Assembly (NCBI RefSeq): GCF_004010195.1
Contig: NW_025215124.1
Location: 20,526 to 60,064 of the forward strand
Length of the DNA: 39,539 nt
Direction of reading: 5' to 3'
DNA from: Chiloscyllium plagiosum
Lineage: Eukaryota
Below the pieces are notes generated by a model. That model was given only the letters and a program-made list of their open reading frames with translations. It was not told the origin of the DNA and ran no database searches. The number at the start of each line of letters is the position of its first letter. The stretch's first letter is position 1. This document shows, piece after piece, positions 1 through 9,837 of this stretch. The position numbers and the translations under genes were made by a program.

Positions 1-740
1 AAGACAGAAGTATAATCAGTTTTCCTATTGACTTTTTTCTTCTCTCGACAGACTCTTAAATTTGTTAAGATTGTGCTGGCTCTGACAAATTCAATCATTT
101 TTGTCACTCATGACCTCCACTTAACAAAGCTATGTTCCAATAAGTTCTCCAAGTGCAGGTAAATTCTGGCCCTCATAATTGCTTCCAGTAGTTTTCCCAC
201 AATTGAAATTATACTAATTGACCTGAAGTTCCCTGGTAGGTTCTCTTACTCTCTGACTGAACAATACACGGGAGTATGGTGGTTAACATAGCTGCCTCAA
301 AACGCCTGGGTTCGGTTCCATCTTTGTGTATCTATCTATATGGAATTTGCATAATCTCGCTGCTTCTGTTGAATGCTCTGAATTCCTATTGTAGTCCAAA
401 AATGTATAGATTATGTGAATTGGTCAAGCTAAATAGTTTGTATTGTTCAGGGATGTGGAGTCAGGATGGATTAACCATGGAAATGTGGGGATCTCCTGCA
501 GCCAGAACAGAATTGAATACGATTGCCAGCATCCCTGCAGTAACCTCCTCTGCCACAGTCAATAACCAGGGATACATTGCATTGGGTCCAGATATATATA
601 TATCATTTTATGCCTGCGAGACAATTCAGGATTACTTCTCTTTCTGGGTTAATCACTTTATGGAAATCAGTGTCCATCTGCTTGAATTAGAGAGAGCCAA
701 TGTCAACAGTTGGAACCTTAGAATACACCCCTTTCAGCAA
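1..740 (-). mobile_element. Decayed CR1-clade LINE ORF2 fragment, interrupted by a SINE at ~270-480
   Basis: Minus-strand translations SGPNAMYPWLLTVAEEVTAGML (~520-592; cf. CR1 PGPDGIYPRLL) and PGNFRSISIISIVGKLLEAIMR (~170-236; cf. PGNYRPVSLTSVVGK). Confidence 0.75.
270..480 (+). mobile_element. Degenerate HE1-type (V-SINE) tRNA-derived SINE
   Basis: A-box-like tggtggttaacatagctgcctca and B-box-like gggttcggttcca, then tagtccaaaaatgt...gaattggtcaagctaaat. Colinear with the reverse complement of the HE1 copy at 36529-36855. Confidence 0.65.
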
Positions 741-759
741 TTATGGAGGGATGCAGATC

Positions 760-836
760 GTAGTCATAGAGCCGCATAGCACAGAAACGAACTCTTCCAT
801 CCAAGTCACTGATGCAGACCAGATTTACCAAACTCA
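760..836 (-). mobile_element. HER1/CR1 LINE 3' end, left part (split by the ERV)
   Basis: gtcatagagccgcatagcacagaaacgaactcttcc...gaccagat is colinear with the start of the younger copy at 39301-39380. Confidence 0.7.
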
Positions 837-1192
837 TGAGGTTGGGTATTTTGGGAACAATGTTAATGCGACTCATGAATGATGGGATAGTTGGCCGAAC
901 CTGCCCTGCTGACACCTGAAGCTTTGCCCGCAGACATGGAACTTTCTGTGCTTTTTACAATCTGTGGATTTTCTTTGTGAACCGTAACAGAACTGTGCAA
1001 GGAAAAAACAGGAAGACGAGCAAGCCTGTGGTTTTAATGAACAAAAGATCCACCCATTCTTGTATCGGGGAGACAGACAGCTCAGCATATTGATCAAAGT
1101 TATACTTTGTCTCTCTCCCAAAGGCATTTCTTGAATAAATGACTTCTGATTGACTACAAAATTTGTAATCTAGCATTATTTTGCCTACAACA
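837..1192 (+). repeat. ERV 5' LTR
   Basis: TGaggttgggtattttgggaac...cctacaaCA with AATAAA near 1134. Aligns along its whole length with 4966-5320 (about 18 mismatches in the first ~115 nt by eye). Confidence 0.9.
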
Positions 1193-2233
1193 AATTGGTT
1201 AATTGTCAGAATCCTGTCTACTAGTCTAGGCAGGTGGCCATTGTTCGATAACTGGAGAAAAATACCAAATAATCAGATGCCAGTAATTGTTGATCAGCTG
1301 TGAATGAATGTGAGAGTGTCTGTCCTGCGGCGTCTGAGTTGACCACAAATGGACAAGGAAGTCATCCTTCTCTATCACCTTGCCTGAGTTGTAGTTAAGA
1401 GGGGAAATCCCCAACGTGAACGGTAGGACCCTAAAGTTGAAGTGGAGACTGGAAACAGGATACCTGCATCGTGATACTCAGCTGCCAATGTGAATGTTCC
1501 TGCCTGGGGAAAAGACCTGGAGTAAAGTAAGCGGGGTGCGGCTTACTGGTCACTCCCTGAAACAAGTGTCACCATACTCCGATAGGAACAGTCCTTGTCG
1601 AGACACTGCTGGCGGGAAAATACGCAACATTGACGGCTGGTGGGTAAGCACGATCGAATGAGGACCAGTGTGTATAAATAAATCATAATTATACAAGACA
1701 GAAAGGTCAGAAGGGATTCCCGGGGTCTCTATTTAACCAGTAAATGTTAGGCAGACACTACCCCTGCCCACCATTAACAAAATGATTTATTTGAAGGGAA
1801 TTAACGGACAACGAGCCCCTGTATTGTTGAGTGCAATCATGTTCGTTGAAATCAATAATCTGCATATACCTATGTGATTTTATGTGCATAACTAACGAAG
1901 GAACTATTATGGAAAATAATTGAATGAAGAATATGAAATCCTTATAGATTGTAGGAATGGTGAATTAGTCTGACCCAATCCTGATGGGAGGTAGGAAAGG
2001 ATGGGAGCCTTTGCGAGCCACTTGGGCATTGTTCAACTGGATTGTTCAAGCCGCGGGACGGGACTGGCAACTCGTTTAGAATGGTGTCCGTGCCAATTGT
2101 ACCTCCGTCCTGGAAGCATGGGCGGAAACTAAATTAGATACAGGCCTGATTAAAATCGACCAATTGTTGCAGAATGCCCTGAACACAAACCGCACTGGCA
2201 ATACAGTATTAAACCCGAAGCCGGAAGGGCTTT

Positions 2234-3640
2234 GTGGAAATTGTGAAGGACTGGTGCGGGCATATCCTCCGAGAGACTACGAATATTCCTAATTCCCCCA
2301 TATGGCTGTTCAGTAAACTTGATGGGAGTAACATTCTCATGGCCCGAAACAGGGTCACTCTCAAATTATACCCGCTCGTTACCAGTCCATCCATAATCTT
2401 AAATGGGGCCCACCCTATCCCACAAAATCTTTTCTGTATTTTACATTGCAAATGGATTCTGGTCAATCTGTCTGTATCGTGATTCCTAAGATAATTTGGC
2501 ATTTACCGTGTTTTTAATCATGTACATGGACTAGAGTTTCCCAAGTCTTCCATAATAGTGCAGCCATTTTCCATCGTGCAATGAGTAATGTACTCAGGGG
2601 GATCGACCTGCCCTACAGCAATGCAAAACTACAAGATGTCGATGACATCCTCCTGGCTTCTGAGCCAAACTGGGACATTAAGAGGCTCTAACTTTTTTCC
2701 TGAAATACCTACATGACAGAAAGTTAAAAGCCAGTCGAAGAAAGCTCAGATTGGGAAAACTAAAGTTCTTCACTTGGGACATTTCAGCAACCAAGGCACG
2801 ACAGAAATGCCTATGGGCGGGAAGACCATAAATGCCACGACCTGTGACAGTCGGTGGTGTGAAAAAGGTTTTAGGATTGTTTAATCTGGGTTACCACTGC
2901 AGGAGTGTTTTCCCCTGACTTTGCCAAATTGGTCGAGCACATACAACGATTGGTAAAGGGGGGGATTGGGGGTGGCGGTGAGCGGGAGAGGCGTGATGGT
3001 GAGGTAGAACCTGCAACAGACCCAGTTGACTGGGGACAGAAGCAAGATGACTCCTATACAAAAGCAAAAGCGGAGGTAATGTCAGCCCCAGACTGGGATT
3101 GCTAGATGCGAGTAAAGACTTCCACATTTACTGTAGTAACGAGGGCGACTTTTACTTGGCAGTGGTAACCCAGATCCATGCGAAAAACAGCCATCTATAG
3201 GATACTATTTCACGTAGTTAACAATTTTCCCAAATATATAATCGCCTTAGACTTGTCATATGGACCTTCAGTGTCAGTAAATGCACAGTAATGACAGGTA
3301 ATGCTGAACACGGGAAAATTATGATCCGTCTCGAAGATGAAAATGGCGAAATGGGAGGCTGTCATTTGCCACCCACTTAATCCATTACCTGGGAAAATCC
3401 AGCTGAAGTGGATGAGTAAAACAGTTAGACACAACCAGGAAGGACGGGATGAACAGAGGTCCCATACCTGGGTAGCTAAGTTACAATTAAGACTCGACCT
3501 GCCAAAGTGGCTTTGCCCCTAAGTGAAGCAGTCCCTGTGAGGTTGTCATGAGCAGTGAAACGTGCACTTGTACTAACATGCGACGGAACAGGGTCTGGAA
3601 ACAGTGGCCCGAGCTGAAGATATATCGGGGTACTTACTGA
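2234..3640 (+). pseudogene. pol: ERV pol remnant: RT, tether/connection and integrase C-terminus, with frameshifts and stops
   Basis: NSPIWLFSKLDGS (~2291-2329); FSVFYIANGFWSI (~2430-2468); TWTRVSQVFHNSAAIFH...LQDVDDILLAS (2524-2661; YxDD position 2635-2646); KKAQIGKTKVLHLGH; KKVLGLFN...PDFAKLVEHIQRLVKGG; IN-CTD-like RVWKQWPELKIY (~3590-3625). Confidence 0.85.
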
Positions 3641-3689
3641 AGATCCGCACCCTCTCTTTTCTGATCCGACTGATTCCTCTCAGAATTTG

Positions 3690-4880
3690 TGGAAATCCTT
3701 AGCAGTTGTTGCGCATGGACCAGGAGTGTGGGTTGTTGTGCATGGGCAGTATAGCCTTTGTACCATTGTAAAACTCAATTCTGTAAACTTTAGAATATTT
3801 TGTTTATTTTCACCCTGGCCCTTTGCCGAGTAGCCACTTGGGCATGGGGAGTATCAATGGAATTATGCCGCCATAAATGTCTAAACTTATATAAAGAGTT
3901 ATTGTTATAAGATTTCTCCAAACATAATTTTGACTTTAGGAGCAGACCAAATGCCTAGAATGAGCCTTCAAGTAAGTTTAAGGTATATGGAAAATTTAGA
4001 GAAAGAACAAACAACAACTTGGAATGGACTGAAATGGCAATTGAAGTTGAAAAGAAAGTTTGGTGATACGTTTTGATGTGAGTATTAAGTTGATAGGATT
4101 CTATTGTTTATGTTTATGTCCTTGTCTTGCGTTGGCGAACCTTGTGATCAAGCTACTAGCCGGGACTATACATGGAGAAATTGGTAAAAAGTCATGGATC
4201 CTTGGATAAGATCACATTGGGGTCAAAATGCGTGACAGTCTTTGAATACCGGTGTCAGTGTGCAAAAGTGATTGTTGCCTCTGAAGGAACGAACATGCAC
4301 GATTGATATAAAAAAGAGATTTTTTTCTCACTGAGGAACGGACATTAGACAAGCACACCTACTTGACAAATGGATTAGTGTGGCTTTGGAGGATATAAGA
4401 CTATAGTTTAAACAAACGACGTTGACACATAATCCACAGAGAAACTGACTTTTAAAACAATGATAGTGAGCTATAGTGATAGCGAGAAAACGATGACACT
4501 TCTGTCGCTTTACACAGCCACCTGCCCCTTGACTATTTGCGCGAGGCATAGGGTGACACCTGCACTGTTATCGGTTCCGAATGTTGCACTTACATTCCGA
4601 CATCTCAGATAATATTACTAATTTGGCAGACCACGTACGGTGAGAGGCAGAGAAGATTAGAAAGAAGAAGGGGCAATTCCATGCTTATACCCCACCATGG
4701 CTTGGTTGGCTGCAAGATGGCCCGTGGGGCCTAATATTCTGCATGAGACGATTGTACTCGGTGTTATTGTAATTGGTTGCTGTGTCTTTTCACATTTTTC
4801 AATTCATGTTGTAAAATCTTATCTGCTTGCATTTTGTGAACGACTAGTGTCCATTCAGCTGTTATTATCCGACATCCCAC
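3690..4880 (+). pseudogene. env: ERV env remnant with gamma-type TM
   Basis: VALHSHLPLDYLREA*GDTCTVIGSECCTYIP (4504-4599) is a decayed immunosuppressive domain plus CX6CC. It is followed by DISDNITNLADHVR and a hydrophobic anchor (TIVLGVIVIGCCVF). The 5' boundary is approximate. Confidence 0.85.
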
Positions 4881-4965
4881 AAAGGATGATTGGAACTCAT
4901 TTGAGCTTTGGTTGTCAGTGGTCTGGAACCTACAGTCCCCGTTGCCTCTGACCACAAGGGGGACC

Positions 4966-5320
4966 TGACGTCCGGTATTTTGGGAACAATTTTAATGCTA
5001 CTAGTGAATGATGGGATACTTGGCCAAACTTACCCTGCTGGCATCTGAAGCTTGGCTCGCACACATGGAACATTCTGTGGTTTTTACAATCTGTAGTTTT
5101 TCTTTGTAAATCGTATCAATACTGTGCAAAGCCAAAAACAGCAAGACAAGCAAGCCTGCAATTTTAATTAATAAAAGATCCTTCCATTCTGTATGCGTGG
5201 AAACAGATAGCTCGAGGTCTTGAACAAAGTTGACTTGACTCTCTCCCAAAGGCCTTTGTTTAATAAATGACTTGTGATTGACTTCTAAATTTGTAATGTG
5301 GAAGTATTTTACCTTCAATG
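4966..5320 (+). repeat. ERV 3' LTR
   Basis: TGacgtccggtattttgggaac..., preceded by the PPT. Direct repeat of 837-1192. Confidence 0.9.
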
Positions 5321-5490
5321 GTGAGCTAGTCTCATTTGCATACATTTGGCCCATCTCCCTCTACACCTTTCCCATTCATGTCCCTGTAGAAATATCCCTT
5401 AATTGTTTTGAGTATATGTATATCTACCACTTCCTCTGGTTGCTCATTATATGGACAGACACTCATCACTCTGTGTGTTAAATTTTGCAA
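5321..5490 (-). mobile_element. HER1/CR1 LINE 3' end, right part
   Basis: ctagtctcatttgc...tggcccatctccctcta...ctaccacttcctctggttgctcatt...ctctgtgtgttaaa continues colinearly with 39387-39539. Confidence 0.75.
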
Positions 5491-5749
5491 TGTCTCAAAG
5501 ATCATCCACTCTTTCAACTCGATAGTGGACTAATCACGTTATATTCAGCAAACAAGGAGGATATATTTTATGTTTCGCTCCACGTTACTTCGTGATAAAT
5601 AAAGAAGACTGATAGTTTGCCCTTGCAAAGATTCATGGACAAATATCTGCAGAATCCCTGCTGTTTGTACATTCATAAGAATTCAGGTGTCTAAAATATG
5701 TTTCTATCTACAATTTGGTTGTATCTCCGAAATGTGAACAACCTAAGAC

Positions 5750-6164
5750 ATCAGCTTACACATGTTGACAAATGCCATGTGCCCAATCATTCTCCCCGTT
5801 TATTGCATGTATACATATATTAGCACCCTTAGTTACCTTTATATGTGCTGCCAGTCTAACTTCACTTCACTTAATTTATTCTTCAACTGTACTTGACTGT
5901 GGAAGAACAATGCATACAAACAACTTTCCTTCTGATATATGCAGAGTTTTACTATCTCCTGTCACTCCCACTATCGCCTTTAACCAGTGACAGCCAGCTT
6001 TGCTTGTTGACCTTCACTTATCCCGAGAATGAACATCGACTGTGCCCTGGCTATCTTTACCTTAGCTGGAGACAGTTATTCCCGTGACGTTAACTCTGCT
6101 TCTCTATCCTCAGGTCCTACCAGACCTGCTGAGTTTTTTTCACATTCTCTGCCATTGTTCCAGA
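5750..6164 (+). mobile_element. Old Penelope-like element 3' fragment; resumes at ~6415-6450
   Basis: Weak GIY-YIG-like peptide (TSLHLIYSSTVLDCG). The terminus gacgtaactctgcttctct...cagacctgctgagt...cagacgttccgcatccgcag resembles the reverse complement of 31700-31800. Confidence 0.5.
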
Positions 6165-6414
6165 GTCTGGATGCAGGTTTGGTCGCTGAGCTGCAAGGTG
6201 CATTTTCAGACATTTCGTCACCATACTACGGAACATCCTCAGTGAGACTCTGGACGAAGCACTGTTGGTGTTTCCTGCTTTCTCAGGGAAACCCAAACAT
6301 ATAAAAGATTTTACCTAGTATGGTGACGAAACGTCTGGAAATGAACCTTCCAGCTCAGCGAGCAAACTTACATCCAGAACATCAACTTGAGCTACAAATC
6401 TTCTCAAATTTGCT
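6165..6414. mobile_element. Short inverted-repeat Penelope-like insertion with an 11-bp TSD
   Basis: 6167-6236 is an imperfect reverse complement of 6306-6378. TSD attgttccaga at 6154-6164 and 6415-6425. Same family as 17195-17570. Confidence 0.8.
6206..6245 (-). ncRNA. Minimal hammerhead ribozyme motif, partly decayed
   Basis: Minus strand reads ca-CTGAGGA-tgttccgtagtatggtgac-GAAA-tg-TC-tg. Confidence 0.55.
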
Positions 6415-6639
6415 ATTGTTCCAGACGTTCCGCATCCGCAGTGTTTTGCAATTGCACATTAATCTTCGCATCATGTGAGAGGAGGGGGAGGCTAGGTTGG
6501 GTTTGGAAATAGGGTAAATTATACTCAATCAGCACCTATTTAATAATTTCAGCTTTTCCTTCTTCTGCTGCCATTTCAAGGCAGCAGAATTTCAAAGGCT
6601 GTATAATGGAATCTGCATCAACATACCAGGATTTTTCAG

Positions 6640-7205
6640 AACACTTCACCAGCAGCCAGTTCATCGGTAACAGTGGTACGACAATGAGTGATCGCAAATG
6701 GCCAGAAACCTCCTAACGATTGGAGATGGCAGTGGCAGAAATCTTTCCAAGATTGAGATGCTAACTCGGCTACACTGGGAATTCTGCAAGGTGCTGCCTT
6801 GGCCTGGCAGTGGAGCCAGAGACTTGTGGCTATCAGCCCAGCGGCGGTGACAGTAGAGCTGCACACTGCCTGGTTGTCAGGCGAGTGTGGAATCAGCATG
6901 GGACCCAAATTCGGCACGGGAGAAAATGGCCCATCGGCAAATAGTAACTGCCATAAGAGTGGGTCTGGCACAGACGGAACCGAAGTGCCATTGATGTGCC
7001 AGCTGAGAGCTCAGGACTCATGGAGGAGACAAGTGAACGAGTAGAAACTCTCTTCTAGTCATTACTCTTTCCTTTCTTTATTTTTAGTCTTGAAGGACTC
7101 AAAATGGCGCCCGTTTGTGGTTACAGTGGAAGCTATTGACTATTTTATTGTACTGTTCACTGTAAAATGCAAGTGGCAATAAAGTATTCAATTTAGTTAA
7201 ATCAA
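6640..7205 (+). mobile_element. Unclassified retroposon with an L2-like 3' tail
   Basis: GC-rich body, then caaaatggcgcc...ttcactgtaaaatgcaagtggcaataaa and a tcaat-type tail. Family recalled by eye only. Confidence 0.4.
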
Positions 7206-7239
7206 CTTTCTGCTGTGATTCAGTGTAAGTGGTGACCTT

Positions 7240-7990
7240 AAGTTTTTTATATTATTCATTAAATGGAGTTCATTGTCGCTGTGTATACCAACATTGATTG
7301 CTGATCATTAATTCCCTTTGAGAACACGAAGTGAGTCGTCTTCTTGGACAGCTGCACTATGTATTTTGTAATGGCAACCGTGGTGTAAGTGTGTGGCGGG
7401 GGGTGGGTGGGCGGGAGTTACAGCATTTTGAAGCAGCAACGACATGGTAAGAGTGATATAATTCCAAATTAAGATCGTTCGTGGCTTGGCACTAATATTT
7501 CATGTGGTGGTATCCATCGCATGCATTGGCTGCTCTGTCAGGCTATTTGTTAGAATTCAAAGATTTGGAAGGTTCTATCGACTGAACCTGTTACAGTGCA
7601 TGTTTTTGTTAATACACATAATTTCATCCATGCACCGATGGAGAAGGGAGTAACTGACAATGTTGTTAAACTGCATTTTTAATCAAGCAGACTCTTTTGA
7701 CATCGAAGATACCTGTTTTGTGCCCTGCTTTGTCAAGGGTATTGTGATCACCCACATCTGGGATTGTGGAATGTGTTCCACTGGTTACCTGATCTGTCCA
7801 AAAACGGTAGGACAATTCTTTCAAACCACATTTCATCTCACTAGTCAACTGTCAGTGGCCCACATGATGGTGGAAGGTATTATGCATTGCATTACCAAAT
7901 GCTCCAAACAACAACTATCTGCCCAACGATGCTCAGTTGTAATTTATGACCATTTGTAATCGACCTGAGGGAAACCTTGGTCCACCATCG
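7240..7990 (-). mobile_element. Old LINE 3' portion (CR1/L2 group; tail shared with the SINEs at 19572 and 27850)
   Basis: Colinear with 17690-17820 and 18325-19140, and with the reverse complement of 30380-30705. Confidence 0.65.
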
Positions 7991-8019
7991 TCGTAAGTGT
8001 TGGATTTCCTGAATTTATT

Positions 8020-8680
8020 CTTAGTGAGTGTAGAACAGAGAGACCTTGAAGTTCAGCTGTATAATTCGTTGAAGTTTACATCAAATATACATATGGTGGT
8101 TCCATTTATAACTTCACATGTTTCTGTAAAATGCCCTCATTCTTCTAAATTCCAACGAATGTAGTCCCAGTCGACTCAAAATCTTTTAGTAATCCAGCTG
8201 TCTCAATTCTGGTATCAACATAACAAACATCTGTACTCCCACAATCTTTCTCAAGTAAGGAGACCGAAATTGTACACAGTACGCCAGGTATGGCCTAATC
8301 AACACCCGATACAGCATAACCTCTCTATTTTAAACTGCATTTCTCTGAAACGAAGAACAATATTTCATTTGCCGTTTTAATTGCCTGCTGCACCTGCAAA
8401 CCAATGTTCGTAATACATTCTTAAGACACCAAATTCCCTCTGTTAAACAACACGCTGCAATTTTGAATCCTCTAAACAATACACCATTTTGCTGCTATTC
8501 CGACCAAAATAGATGACCTCGCATTTCTGCTGACTTTCAGGATGCTCTGCACACATTGCTCTACCAATCATCTTAGTGGCATCTCTGAACTTTGACACGC
8601 CACACTTGGTCCTCAAGTTTATATCATTCGTGTAAGGTGTACACAAATGCGCTCCCATCCCATCACTCTGGCAGACCACT
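8020..8680 (-). mobile_element. CR1 ORF2 fragments (short + strand piece at ~8020-8100, then a minus-strand piece)
   Basis: Minus strand gives TNDINLRTKCGVSKFRDATK (decayed FADDTK) and KCEVIYFGRN. Confidence 0.75.
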
Positions 8681-9837
8681 AAGACCATTAGAGACCATAA
8701 GACACAAGATCCAAACTTGAGCCGTTCAGTCTATCGGGTCAGATTGCCATTTAACCACGGCTGATAGGCTTCTCAGCAAACATTTCCCGCTTTCTCCACA
8801 TAACCCTTGATCCCCTGGACACTCAAGAACATATCTATCTCAGTCTTAAATATACTCAATGATCTGGCTTCCACAGCCCTATGTGCAAAATAATTCCATA
8901 GATTCACAATTCTCTAGCTGAAGAACTTTCTTTTTATTTCAATTCTCAAACCTCTTCCCTTTACTCCAACGCCATGCCCTGGGTCCTTGTCTCTACGACC
9001 AACAGAAATATCTTCCCAGCATCTACGCTATCCAGTCCATTCATTGTGCTGTATGTTTCAATTACATCCCCCCTTCATACTTCTCAATTCCATCGAGTAT
9101 AAACCCAGGTTGGTCAAATGATTCCCATCTGTTAAGCTTTCCATTCCTGGGACCATTCTCATGAACAACCTCTGAACACGCTGCAGGGCACGTGTACCCT
9201 TCGTGAGATATGGGGACCAAAACTGCACACAACACTCCAAATGCGGTCTGATCTGAACCTTATAGAGCCTCGGAAGTACATCCCTGGTTTTATATTCAAA
9301 TTCTTTCAAAATAAATGCCATCATTGTATTTGCCTTCCTAACTACTGAATCAACCTGCAAGTTCATCTTGAGAGAATCCTAGACTGGAACTCTCAAGTCT
9401 CTTTGCACCTCCGGCTTCTGAACTTTCTGTCTATTTAGAAAATGGCCCATGCCTCGATCCTTCCTACCAAAGTACATGACCTCACACTTTCCCAGTTTGT
9501 ACTCCATCGGCCACTTCTTTGCCCACTCTCCTGGCCTGTCCAAATCCTTCTGCAGACTCCCTGCCTCCTGAATGTTACTTGTCCCTTCACTTATCTTTGC
9601 ATTGTCTGCAAACGTGGCCAGAGTGTCCTCAATTCATTTATCCATATCGTTAATGTATAAAGTGAAAAGTTGTAGTTCCCACACTGGGCCTTGCTATCCT
9701 GAGAAGGACACTTTTATCCTAACGGTCTGTTTTCTGTCAGACGCCCAAGTTTCGGTGTTTGCCAGCACCTTGTCTTCAACACCATGGGCCCTTATCTTAC
9801 TCAGCAACTTCCTGTGCAGCACCTTGTTAAAGGCGCA
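8675..9837 (-). mobile_element. CR1 LINE 3' ~1.1 kb, cut at the minisatellite
   Basis: (gaccataa)-like tail at ~8675-8705; ORF 9058-9366 RPHLECCVQFWSPYL...LQRVQRLFMRMVPGM; decayed motif INDMDK..LATFADNAK at ~9595-9655. Confidence 0.9.

Larger units (their letters stand above)
837..5320 (+). mobile_element. Endogenous retrovirus, degenerate and internally deleted (LTR-[gag]-RT/tether-IN C-term-env-LTR)
   Basis: Direct ~355-nt terminal repeats, polypurine tract aagggggg just before the 3' LTR, and RT and env motifs in the internal region. Confidence 0.9.

Noticed and set aside
276..779. 167-aa ORF
   Set aside because: It runs through a SINE and the antisense strand of a CR1; chance ORF.
1193..1215. 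Assigning the ERV primer-binding site (tggttaattgtcagaat)
   Set aside because: The position and TGG start fit a PBS, but the sequence is too decayed to assign a tRNA.
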